From NCBI GenBank assembly GCA_963713045.1, contig CAVQKE010000004.1, forward strand, positions 1,088,001-1,152,000: DNA of 64,000 nucleotides. Direction: 5' to 3'. Below the pieces are notes generated by a model, which was not told where the DNA came from, ran no database searches, and saw nothing but the letters and a program-made list of their open reading frames with translations. Each line of letters starts with the position of its first letter. Within the stretch, counting starts at the first letter, position 1. Origin of the DNA: an uncultured delta proteobacterium (lineage in GTDB: Bacteria > Myxococcota > Myxococcia > Myxococcales > Myxococcaceae). Below, piece after piece: positions 31,840 to 40,593 of the stretch. The position numbers and the translations under genes were made by a program.

Positions 31840-33150
31840 GTGACCGAGCCTCTCGCCGTCCAGGGTGGGCGCGCCGCGGTGCCGGCCAACGCGCACGTCC
31901 GCTGGCCGGTCCTCACCGCCGAGGACCGCCAGGCCGTCCTGGGCGTCCTCGACCGGGGCGTTCTCTCCGGCCAATTCGCCCCCGAGGTGCGTGGCTTGGA
32001 GCGCGAATTCGCCGCCTTCCTCGGCTCCAAGTACTGCGTCGCCACCAACAGCGGGACGGCAGCACTGCACGTCGCGCTCGCCGCGGCTGGGGTCCAGCCG
32101 GGAGACGAAGTCCTGGTGCCGGCCTTCACCTTCGTCGCCACCGCGCTGGCCGTCATGCACCAGGGGGCGACGCCGGTCTTCGTCGACGTGGAGCCGCGCA
32201 CCTTTGGGATGGACCCTGGGCGACTGGAAGCAGCCCTCTCGGTGCGCACCAGGGCGGTGGTACCGGTCCACCTGCACGGCGTGCCCTGCGAGCTTCAGCC
32301 CATCGCTGACTTTGCCGCCCGCCACGGACTGCTCCTCATCGAGGACGCGGCCCAGGCCGTCGGCGCCCGCTACCGAGGGCGGATGGTCGGCACCCAGAGC
32401 GCGGCGGGCACCTTCAGCCTGCAATCCTCGAAGAATTTTGCCTGCGGCGAAGGTGGGCTGGTCGTCACCGACGACGAGCGGCTGTACCGGCGGGCCCTCC
32501 GAGTCCGGATGTTTGGCGAGGACAGCCGGCCCGAAGACGAGGCCAGCTACGACGTCGCCCACGCCCTGGACGGCAACCGCGCCTATGACTCGGCCAGTCT
32601 GGGCTGGAATTACAGGACGACGGAACTGTCGGCGGCACTGGCGCGCTCGCAGCTCCGGCACGTAGCAGCGTGGAACGAGAACGCTCTGGCCAATGCCGAG
32701 TTGCTGAGCCGGCGGTTGCGCGAGCTGCCTGGCGTGACTCCACCCGCCGTCCCTGTCGACTGCGTCCCCGCCTTTCACAAGTACCGCGTCCAACTGGACG
32801 CCTCTTCACTGGGCCTTCAGGCGCCGCCGGTGGCCGTCCGCGACGCCATGGTTCGCGCTCTGCGGGCTGAGGGCTGCGAGGTGGTGCTGTGGCAAACCCG
32901 CCCCGTCCCGGGGCAGACACTTTTTCAGAAGCTTCAAGCGGAGGCCGGGCCCAACAGGCCCAGCTACCAGCTGTCTCAGTACCCACAGACAGCCCGCATC
33001 TTGGAGTGCTCGCTGTGCCTCTTCTCGCAGACTTACCCCATCGCCCCACAGCCGCGAGCGCTGGTCGAGGCCTATGCCGAGGCCTTCGCCCGGGTGTGGA
33101 TGCGTCTTCCCGAAGTGTTGGCGGGAGCGAAAGCCGCAGGCCCGGTGTGA
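31840..33150 (+). CDS. DegT/DnrJ/EryC1/StrS PLP aminotransferase
   Basis: LAVQGG N-terminus, SGTAALH, EDAAQA, FSLQSSKNFACGEGG, GWNYR; GTG start with GGAG RBS. Confidence 0.92.
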   Translation: MTEPLAVQGGRAAVPANAHVRWPVLTAEDRQAVLGVLDRGVLSGQFAPEVRGLEREFAAFLGSKYCVATNSGTAALHVALAAAGVQPGDEVLVPAFTFVATALAVMHQGATPVFVDVEPRTFGMDPGRLEAALSVRTRAVVPVHLHGVPCELQPIADFAARHGLLLIEDAAQAVGARYRGRMVGTQSAAGTFSLQSSKNFACGEGGLVVTDDERLYRRALRVRMFGEDSRPEDEASYDVAHALDGNRAYDSASLGWNYRTTELSAALARSQLRHVAAWNENALANAELLSRRLRELPGVTPPAVPVDCVPAFHKYRVQLDASSLGLQAPPVAVRDAMVRALRAEGCEVVLWQTRPVPGQTLFQKLQAEAGPNRPSYQLSQYPQTARILECSLCLFSQTYPIAPQPRALVEAYAEAFARVWMRLPEVLAGAKAAGPV

Positions 33151-34139
33151 GCTTTCCCTCGCCGCGAGAGCTCCTCGCACGGCCTCTGGTGCGCCTGGCC
33201 TGCGCGGTGCTCGGCGCCGGCGTGCTGGCCTTGGCGGTGTGGGGCGCCGGCGCTCACGCCGTCCTCAGCGGACTCGGAGAAAGCCTCCATGCGCTCCCGC
33301 TGGTGGCGGCGCTGGAGGCCCTTTTCCTTCTCTGCAGCGTTCTGGCGTTGCGCGCCCTCTATGGCGTGGACGCGGCTCGCGTCAGCCCACGCCAATGGCT
33401 CCGGGCCGGGACACTGGGCTATGCCCTGGGCGCGGTGCTGCCCATTGGCCGCGCCTCGGCCGAGGCGGCCCGGGCCGTTCTCCTCGGCCGCACCGTGGGA
33501 GGAGCACGCGCCGCGGTGGCAGCCGTGCAAATTCAAGGGGTGACGCTGCTCGCCAACGCAGTGCTGTCCGCAGTCGCCGGCGGGGCCGCGCTGGCACTCC
33601 TCGGCTTCAGCAGCATCAGCGTCCTCATCCTCGCCAATGCCCTGGGCGGCCTGGTGCTGGGCGCGGGCATCCTCATCGTCCGGGACCGCGCTCAGCCGGG
33701 ACGTCTGTTGGGCGCGGTGACCAGGCGAGGTCGTGCCTTCGGGCTGCAGTTTGACGCCACCGCCGGGGCCTCCCGGAGGAGCCTGCTGCAGGCGTTGGCC
33801 TGGGAGTGCGCCGGACGCGTGGTCCAACTCGTCCAGTGCGGCGCGGCGTTGGTGGCCATCGGCCACCGCAGTTCGGTTGGGACGACGCTGGTGGCCCGCG
33901 GAATGCTCACCGTTGGCAGTGCACTCGGAGACTTCATCCCGGCCCAACTCGGGGCCACCGAGGCGACCCTGGTTCTCGGCGCAGCGGCACTCGGACTGAC
34001 GGCGGCCAGCGCCGCGGCGCTGGCCCTCCTCATTCATGGAGGGCAGCTCGCCCTGGCGCTGTTGTGCACCCTCGTGTCGGTGGCCGTCCCCGGCGAGCCG
34101 CAGCTCGCCCCGGCCGCCCTCGAGCTCGGCCCGCCATGA
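33147..34139 (+). CDS. Lysylphosphatidylglycerol synthase TM/flippase-like membrane protein
   Basis: Polytopic; VLPIGRASAEAARA and FIPAQLGATE motifs; GTGA overlap with the upstream gene. Confidence 0.75.
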   Translation: MSFPSPRELLARPLVRLACAVLGAGVLALAVWGAGAHAVLSGLGESLHALPLVAALEALFLLCSVLALRALYGVDAARVSPRQWLRAGTLGYALGAVLPIGRASAEAARAVLLGRTVGGARAAVAAVQIQGVTLLANAVLSAVAGGAALALLGFSSISVLILANALGGLVLGAGILIVRDRAQPGRLLGAVTRRGRAFGLQFDATAGASRRSLLQALAWECAGRVVQLVQCGAALVAIGHRSSVGTTLVARGMLTVGSALGDFIPAQLGATEATLVLGAAALGLTAASAAALALLIHGGQLALALLCTLVSVAVPGEPQLAPAALELGPP

Positions 34140-34927
34140 CGTCCCCGGGCGACGCCGAGCGCGCCTCCTGGAAGGAGACGGCCCTGCTCGCCGTGCGCGG
34201 CGCAGGCCAAATCCAACTGGAGCGAGCCGGCACCGCCCACGTCGAACGCAAGGGCCTGGCTGACATCACCACCGACGTGGACCGCGCCTGCGAGCGCTAC
34301 GTGGTCGGCCTCATCCAGCAGCGGCACCCGGGCCACGAAGTCCTCGGCGAGGAGGGCAGCGCCGGCGCAGTCGAGGCGAGTCACCTGTGGATTGTGGACC
34401 CCTTGGACGGCACGAAAAACTACGCCCATGGCTACGGCCGCTCCTGCATCTCGCTGGCACTGGCGGTGGAGGGGGTGGTGGTGCTGGGGGCCGTCTTCAG
34501 CGCGCGGGCCAACGAATTGTTCTTCGCCCAGGGCCGCCGGGGGGCCACCCTCAATGGAGTCCCGATTTCCGTCTCGCGGACCGAGACCTTGGACCGGGCG
34601 ATGGTGGCCAGCGCCTTCGCCTACTCCGGCCGCACGGCGGACCGGCCACAACTGGAGCGCCTGGGGCGGCTGCTCGGGGCAGTCGAGGCCGTCCGCACCG
34701 ACGGATGCGCCGCGCTGGACCTGTGCGACGTCGCCTGCGGCCGCTTTGACGCCTACATCGAGCGGGGCCTCCACGCTTGGGACAGCGCCGCCGGCGCGCT
34801 CTTGGTTGAGGAGGCCGGCGGGCGGGTGAGCAGCAGTCAAGGCGGCCCCCACGACATCTTTGGCCGCGACACGCTGGCCAGCAATGGACGGCTGCACGCT
34901 GCGCTGTTGCCGCTGGTTTCAGGCTAA
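34136..34927 (+). CDS. Inositol monophosphatase family protein
   Basis: LGEE, WIVDPLDGTKNY, AWDSAAG. Confidence 0.93.
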   Translation: MTSPGDAERASWKETALLAVRGAGQIQLERAGTAHVERKGLADITTDVDRACERYVVGLIQQRHPGHEVLGEEGSAGAVEASHLWIVDPLDGTKNYAHGYGRSCISLALAVEGVVVLGAVFSARANELFFAQGRRGATLNGVPISVSRTETLDRAMVASAFAYSGRTADRPQLERLGRLLGAVEAVRTDGCAALDLCDVACGRFDAYIERGLHAWDSAAGALLVEEAGGRVSSSQGGPHDIFGRDTLASNGRLHAALLPLVSG

Positions 34928-34931
34928 CGTC

Positions 34932-37448
34932 ATGCCCCTGGCGTCCGGCAACCCTTTCAGGCGAGCGCTCCTCCGCCTCTCCGAGGCCTACGGCCGCTAC
35001 GTCGCGCTGGTATGCGCTCGCCCCGGGATGGCCGGCCTCGTTCTGGCGCTGGCGTGTGTTCCAGCGCTGGCGCTCAGCATCGCCTTTTTCAGCCACATTG
35101 AGGCTGGCCTTCAGGAGTTGCTTCCGCCTTCGGCGCCCTCGGTGCGGGCGCTCAACCGGCTGCATGCCTTGGTGGGCGGAAAATCCCACCTCGCCGTCAT
35201 CGCCCACTCGCCAGACCGCGCCGCCAACGAGCGCTTCATCTCGGAGCTGACCGAACACCTGGCTAGTGTCAACCTACCCGAGGTGAGGAGCATCGAGGGC
35301 AACGTCAAAGTGGAGCGGGCCTGGCTGATGCGGCGTGCTCCGCTGCTCATTCCTCAGCTCGACTTCGAGCGCCTGCTGTCGCGGTTTGACGAGGCCGTTC
35401 GCGCCGAGAAGCAACGACGCAACCCCCTACAACTCGACCTTGACGAGGACCAGCGCACCGCGCCGGCCAGTTGGAAGGAATTGGAGAAGGAGTTCGACCG
35501 CGCGGTGGGCAAAGAGGACCGCTTTCCGTCGGGCTATCTCGAGACGGCGGACGGAACGGTGGTGGTGGCCATTTTCTGGCTGCGAGGCTCGGAGGTCGAG
35601 CTCGGCCCATCCCAACGGTTGATGGCTGGCGTGCAGAGAGAAATCGCCACACTGCGCCCCCAATTCCCCACGGTCTCGGTGGCCTTCAACGGCGAGGTGC
35701 CCAATCTTCTCGAGGAACACGCCGCCATCCTGTCGGACCTCTCCCTCTCCAGCGTGTTTGTCATTGTGCTCGTCGGCGCGTGCATCTCGCTTTACTTCCG
35801 CTCATTGCACGCCGTCTTGACGGTGGTCCTGGTCCTTCTCCCCGGGTTGCTCTTCTCTTTTGCGCTCGGACGGCTCACCATCGGCGGTCTCAACTCGAAC
35901 ACTGCCTTTCTGGGCACCATCATCGCCGGCAACGGCATCAACTACCCGCTGCTCTTCCTGGCTTACTACCGCGCAGAGCCCGCGGACTTGAGCATGCCGC
36001 ACGCGCTCCGCGCTGCAGCACGTCAGGCCCTCCCGGGCACGCTCGCCGCCGCCTTGGCCGCCTCGGCCGCCTATGGCGGGCTGGCCGCCTCGGACTTCCG
36101 TGGCTTCTCCCAGTTTGGAATTCTCGGAGGGCTGGGCATGGCGACCGTCTGGGTCTTCACCTACCTGACGATGCCACTTTTCGTTGCGCTGCTGCGCCCG
36201 CCGCGCCGCGAGGCGCCGTCGACAGCAGTGCAGCAAATGCTGCACGTCTTCTTCGCCCGCGGATGGCTCTCGTCGGGCCTGGCGCTCGCCTTCGTCGCCA
36301 CGTTGCTGGTCTGGACGGGGCTGGGGGTGGCCCACGCGGTGACTCACGGCGTTTACGAGAGGGACCTCCGGATGTTGCGCAACCAGGAGTCGCTGACGGT
36401 GGGTAGCGCATCCTGGGACGCGAAGATGAATGAAGTCTTTGGCGTCTGGCTCAACCCGGTGGTGGCGTTGGCCGAGGACCCGGCGCACCGGGAACCCGCC
36501 GCGACGACGCTGCGGCGCGTCTTCGCCGAGAAGGACCCCGGCGCCGTCCAGTCGGTGGAGACCATCGAGAGATTCGTTCCGGCGCTGAGCAACCAGGAGG
36601 CGCGCCTCAAGGAGCTCTCGCGCATTGGCGCGCGCATCCGGCGGGTGCCAGACAGCGACATCCCGGAGCGAATGCGGGCCGACGTGCGCAACTGGTTTGC
36701 CGAGGAGTCGCTGCGGCCCATTGAGTTGCGCGAAGTCCCCGAGCGCCTGGTGAGCGCCTTCCGAGAGCTGTCGGGCCGCGTCGACCGAGTGGTGTTGGTC
36801 TACCCTTCCATTCACGTCGACTTTGACGACGGCCGAAACCTCTCGCGCTTCGCCGACGTGGTGCGTTCCGCCCAGCTTCCGGCTGACGTCAGCGTTGGTG
36901 GTGGCTTCCTTTTCATGGCGGATATTCTCCAGCTGGTGCGGGACGAGGCCCCGCAGGTGGTGCTGGTGGTGGCGGCGGTGGTGTGCGTGCTGCTGCTGGC
37001 CATCTTCGCGCGGCGGCCGGGGCGCGCGCTGGTCAGCCTCCTCACCATGTTGGCCGCCGCTTTTTGCTCCCAGGCCGTGGTCCTGGCGCTGGGCATCAAA
37101 ATCAACCTCCTCAACTTTGCGGCCCTCCCCATCACCATCGGCGTCGGCGCGGACTACGTGGTGAATCTCCTCGGGGCGATGAGCTCGCTGCGCGTGGACG
37201 CGCGGGGGGCTTGCGTCCGGATGGGTGGCGCCATCCTCTTGTGCTCGCTGACCACCGTCATCGGCTACTTTTCGCTGGTGCTGGCCAAGTCCGGCGCGCT
37301 GCGGAGCTTTGGCTGGGCGGCGGTGCTCGGCGAGTTGGTGGCCAGCCTCGCGGTGCTGCTGGTGCTGCCGGTGGCGCTCGGGACGCGGCTCGCCGACGCA
37401 GTGGTTCCCCCGTCGCTGCCGCCCTCAGCGCGCGAACCCTCCACCTAG
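34932..37448 (+). CDS. MMPL/RND family lipid transporter
   Basis: Two repeats of TM, periplasmic loop and 5 TM; IIAGNGINY and ITIGVGADY; LTTVIGY. Confidence 0.88.
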   Translation: MPLASGNPFRRALLRLSEAYGRYVALVCARPGMAGLVLALACVPALALSIAFFSHIEAGLQELLPPSAPSVRALNRLHALVGGKSHLAVIAHSPDRAANERFISELTEHLASVNLPEVRSIEGNVKVERAWLMRRAPLLIPQLDFERLLSRFDEAVRAEKQRRNPLQLDLDEDQRTAPASWKELEKEFDRAVGKEDRFPSGYLETADGTVVVAIFWLRGSEVELGPSQRLMAGVQREIATLRPQFPTVSVAFNGEVPNLLEEHAAILSDLSLSSVFVIVLVGACISLYFRSLHAVLTVVLVLLPGLLFSFALGRLTIGGLNSNTAFLGTIIAGNGINYPLLFLAYYRAEPADLSMPHALRAAARQALPGTLAAALAASAAYGGLAASDFRGFSQFGILGGLGMATVWVFTYLTMPLFVALLRPPRREAPSTAVQQMLHVFFARGWLSSGLALAFVATLLVWTGLGVAHAVTHGVYERDLRMLRNQESLTVGSASWDAKMNEVFGVWLNPVVALAEDPAHREPAATTLRRVFAEKDPGAVQSVETIERFVPALSNQEARLKELSRIGARIRRVPDSDIPERMRADVRNWFAEESLRPIELREVPERLVSAFRELSGRVDRVVLVYPSIHVDFDDGRNLSRFADVVRSAQLPADVSVGGGFLFMADILQLVRDEAPQVVLVVAAVVCVLLLAIFARRPGRALVSLLTMLAAAFCSQAVVLALGIKINLLNFAALPITIGVGADYVVNLLGAMSSLRVDARGACVRMGGAILLCSLTTVIGYFSLVLAKSGALRSFGWAAVLGELVASLAVLLVLPVALGTRLADAVVPPSLPPSAREPST

Positions 37449-37616
37449 GGCCGAGTCCCGGGGGCTTGCGACGCGCGACGCCCGTACCCCACGGGGCGCC
37501 CTGTAGCCGCGCGGCCAGTGCCGCCCGTCGCGCCAAGCCGTGCGGGGACACCACCCCGAAGTTGGCCCGGTGCCGGCAGCGTGGGGTCGGCCTGGGGTGA
37601 AGGTTCGGGCCTCCGA

Positions 37617-37668
37617 TGGGTCTTGTAAAGACCCAATTGACAATCTATATGAGGTCTATATAAGTTCC
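37617..37668 (+). promoter_or_regulatory. Inverted repeat plus sigma70 promoter with the shared direct-repeat operator
   Basis: TGGGTCTT-gta-AAGACCCA (37617-37635), TTGACA (37637), TCTATAT-gagg-TCTATAT-AAGTTCC (37644-37668). Confidence 0.72.
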
Positions 37669-37717
37669 GATTCTGAACCTCGGCCGTCGGAAGGTCAGTC
37701 CGAAAGGAGCAGTCACC

Positions 37718-37912
37718 ATGAGCAGCAAGCAGAAGCTCGACGTTCTCGCCGTCAAGACTGTCAACGAGAAGGACTACTACACGCGCATCGGCGTGGCCTT
37801 CCCACTCGACCATGGGGGCTTCAACGTGCTGTTTGACGCCCTCCCCACCAACGCCCGGGTCCTCCTCCTGCCGGACCGAGACCGACCCGCCGTCGCCGAG
37901 CTGGAGGGCTGA
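37718..37912 (+). CDS. Small beta-rich protein (TRIGVAF...DALP type; possibly ssDNA-binding)
   Basis: AAAGGAG RBS; YYTRIGVAFP..GGFNVLFDALP motif typical of small mobile-element proteins. Confidence 0.7.
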   Translation: MSSKQKLDVLAVKTVNEKDYYTRIGVAFPLDHGGFNVLFDALPTNARVLLLPDRDRPAVAELEG

Positions 37913-37990
37913 GCCCCCAAAACTTGGGAGGCCCGTTCGCTGCGTCCTGGGCGCACGGGTCACCCTCGCTCCGAAAGGCTGGTGGCGACC

Positions 37991-38455
37991 ATGACCGACA
38001 CCCTGAATCGGACAAACGCGGACCCGCCGGCCAAAACGGGTCGCAGCTGCGGGCAGTCCGGGCCGACGCTGACCGAGCTGCAGCGCGAGCTCGAGCAATT
38101 CGACTTGGAGGCCGAGGACCGTCGCCGCTTTCGTACCGAGATGAAGGACCTGCGCGAGGGTCTGTGCGAGCGGAGGTTGCGAGAGCACATCGGCCCGTTC
38201 TTGGTACGGGTGGAGAAGTTCGCCACCCAATTCATTCGCGTCCCCGGCGACGCCGCCCTGGGACGGAGTCTCTTCACTCCTTGGATTTCTCATCTCGTCG
38301 GAAGCGCCGCCGAGCCTGAGTGGCGCATTGTCGGAGGATTCGACGTGCTGCAGGGCTGGTGCTGGAACCGCTACTGCTCCGCGGAGCAGCGCCTCACTCA
38401 ACACGACGCCTCACTGCCTGCAGCGGGCGAGCCCCGGGCGGCCGGCACCCGATGA
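37991..38455 (+). CDS. Hypothetical protein
   Basis: Coding-like ORF; ATGA-coupled to the next gene. Confidence 0.6.
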   Translation: MTDTLNRTNADPPAKTGRSCGQSGPTLTELQRELEQFDLEAEDRRRFRTEMKDLREGLCERRLREHIGPFLVRVEKFATQFIRVPGDAALGRSLFTPWISHLVGSAAEPEWRIVGGFDVLQGWCWNRYCSAEQRLTQHDASLPAAGEPRAAGTR

Positions 38456-39147
38456 GCGCAACGCCCGCGTCGGCTGGCGGCTGGGGCACCCTCTTCCAGC
38501 GCCCGACGCCCGAGGCACCACGCAAGCCCTCCGCCAGCGAGACCGCAGCGAAGACGGTCGGTCACGCGGCCACCCGGCTGGATGCAGCCTACCGTCGGCA
38601 GATGGAGGCCGTCTCGAAAGCCAGGGCGGAGGAGGCCGCGCTGCTGTGCACCATCCTTGCCGGTGTGCGGGCGGCCCTGCCTGCCCTGGTGAGCCCGCTC
38701 CTCCTTCTGGACGTCAGCGCGCGCGGGCGTCCGAGCCTGCTCCACCTCCGCGCCCTCCCGTTGTTTGGCAACGCCCCGCAGCCGAGGACCGCGAGTCCAG
38801 GGCCCATGGAGAGCCTTTTTCTCCTCGAGGACGGCACCTTCCTGCGCGTGCGCTTCACCGGTGCGACGACACTGACTGACGAAGGACGCCTGGCCCTCGC
38901 GGCCGACCGGTTGGAGGGCATCGACGTGCGCCATGTCCTGCGAGACCACCAGGTTGAGGAGGTCGCCGCTGTCCTTCAGCGCGCCCTCAGTCATCAGACC
39001 ACCCGGCGCGAAGCCCAGGCCCGCGACGCCGCCGCCTACGTCGCCCGGCTGCAGGCCCTGCGCCTACTCCTCACCCCGCTTCTAAGAAGCCATCGTTCAT
39101 TGGGCTTGGCCCACGCCAAGCGTGGCGGCCGAGTCCCCCTGGGCTAA
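38452..39147 (+). CDS. Hypothetical protein
   Basis: ATGA overlap with the previous ORF; helical N- and C-termini around a beta core. Confidence 0.6.
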   Translation: MSATPASAGGWGTLFQRPTPEAPRKPSASETAAKTVGHAATRLDAAYRRQMEAVSKARAEEAALLCTILAGVRAALPALVSPLLLLDVSARGRPSLLHLRALPLFGNAPQPRTASPGPMESLFLLEDGTFLRVRFTGATTLTDEGRLALAADRLEGIDVRHVLRDHQVEEVAAVLQRALSHQTTRREAQARDAAAYVARLQALRLLLTPLLRSHRSLGLAHAKRGGRVPLG

Positions 39148-39260
39148 CGCGCTTCTTACCTTTCAGAAGCGTGCTGGAGGCGTTCCATGTCGGCCAGGAG
39201 TGGCATACATGTACGGCCGACCGGGTGCCGGTCTGCATCAAATGAAGTTCCTAAACAACA

Positions 39261-39290
39261 TTGACATTGGTCGCACATGGATGCCATGTT
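39261..39290 (+). promoter_or_regulatory. Promoter with palindromic operator
   Basis: TTGACA at 39261; TGn-CATGTT extended -10-like element; palindrome ACATGG-atg-CCATGT (39275-39289). Confidence 0.6.
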
Positions 39291-39296
39291 GTATCC

Positions 39297-39662
39297 ATGA
39301 GCGCTGTGCACGCGATGGCAAAGACTCCCCTACCAGCGGACCAGGAGATGCGGCAGCTGAACGTGAAGGTGCCCCCCGAGGACGCAAACTTCGTCCAGGA
39401 GGTCCTGCGTCCACAGCTTGGGTTCCCCTACAATGCCGAGGCCGTCCGCGAAGTCATCTCGCAGCTGCGGACGTGGTTTCGCCTCCCCAGCTACGTCGTC
39501 GACGTGCTGAAGAAGGACGCGGAGTCCCAAAAGCTCCACATCCTCGACTACCTGCAGATGCTGCTGCACAAGCGCTACGAGGACCTGGCCACAGAAGGCC
39601 GAGAGCGCCCTCCGCCGCGCCCCTCCCCGACACCTTCGTCCTCCAAATCCGGACGACGCTGA
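39297..39662 (+). CDS. Putative ribbon-helix-helix DNA-binding protein
   Basis: RQLNVKVPPE-helix-helix, then a second FRLPSYVVDVLKKDAE..ILDYLQMLL RHH-like unit. Confidence 0.62.
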   Translation: MSAVHAMAKTPLPADQEMRQLNVKVPPEDANFVQEVLRPQLGFPYNAEAVREVISQLRTWFRLPSYVVDVLKKDAESQKLHILDYLQMLLHKRYEDLATEGRERPPPRPSPTPSSSKSGRR

Positions 39663-39935
39663 AGACGCCCACTGCCTCTGGCCCGACCGTATGCCCGTTC
39701 CCACCCTTTGCACCGACCCGCCCAACTCCGGCGGAGGGCCGCCCAAAGGTCGAGAACTGTGGCAGCAGCAAACGCCTTGCGATGGCCATCTCAGGGCCGA
39801 GTGCGCGCGTAGCCCCGCTCGTGAGCCGTGTCACTCGGGCGGTAGCAAAGGCCTGAGGCCCGTCGCCAGGCAACGCCACCGCGGGGAACCTGCGCCTTTC
39901 GCCGTCCTGCCCCGCGCACCTGGAGGTGATGTGCC

Positions 39936-40247
39936 ATGAACCGCTTCTTCGCCTTTCCGCTGAGAAACTCGCTGAGAAGGGTCCGGCTCACAGTCCTTCT
40001 TTTCTCGTGCGCCGCGGCCTCGGCGCTCGGCCAAACGGTGGACCCGACGGCGATGGGACAAGGGTTCTTCGCCTACGCCAGGCCCTACGTCGTTTGGGCA
40101 GGGGCCGGGATGGTGTTGCTGTGCGTCGCCGCAGCGACGTTCTACAAGCCGCTTCTCAAAGAAGCACTCATCACCGCTGGAATTGTGGTGATGCTGGTCT
40201 TCCTCTTCAACACCTTCCCGGACCTGGTTCGGGCGCTTAGCCACTGA
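39936..40247 (+). CDS. VirB2/TrbC-like pilin
   Basis: 103 aa; signal (AAASALG/Q) plus two hydrophobic helices; GGAGGTG RBS; first gene before virB3-virB4. Confidence 0.65.
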   Translation: MNRFFAFPLRNSLRRVRLTVLLFSCAAASALGQTVDPTAMGQGFFAYARPYVVWAGAGMVLLCVAAATFYKPLLKEALITAGIVVMLVFLFNTFPDLVRALSH

Positions 40248-40263
40248 CGGAAGGGCAACCGCC

Positions 40264-40593
40264 TTGGACGCGCCTGTCTACCGGCACGCCGACTCGCGCG
40301 CCACGTTGCTCGGGCTCAACTTCCCCGGGGACTTTTTTGTTGTCGTCGTGGCGAGTTACCTATGGTTGATGGTGCTGCGGCCGGTGGCTTTTCTCCTGGC
40401 TGCGGCCGTCACCCACCTGGGGGTCGCCCTGCTCAACCGCGGTCGTCCTCCACAGCACTGGGCGCATGCGTTGAGCTTTCAGCTGCGCCGCCACGTTTTT
40501 TCCGGTGAAATCAGCGCCGCCGCGCGCAGCAATGCGCCGCAATTCCCCTTCGGCCCGTACCGCAGCTCAGAGGTCAACGGGAGACGGCCTTGA
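40264..40593 (+). CDS. VirB3/TraL-like protein
   Basis: PVYR....TLLGL, 2 TM, immediately upstream of and overlapping virB4. Confidence 0.72.
   Translation: MDAPVYRHADSRATLLGLNFPGDFFVVVVASYLWLMVLRPVAFLLAAAVTHLGVALLNRGRPPQHWAHALSFQLRRHVFSGEISAAARSNAPQFPFGPYRSSEVNGRRP

Noticed and set aside
30583..33150. Aminoglycoside antibiotic cluster
   Set aside because: No glycosyltransferase, DOI synthase, amidinotransferase or resistance gene in the operon; flippase, MMPL and GH3 point to a lipid-like product
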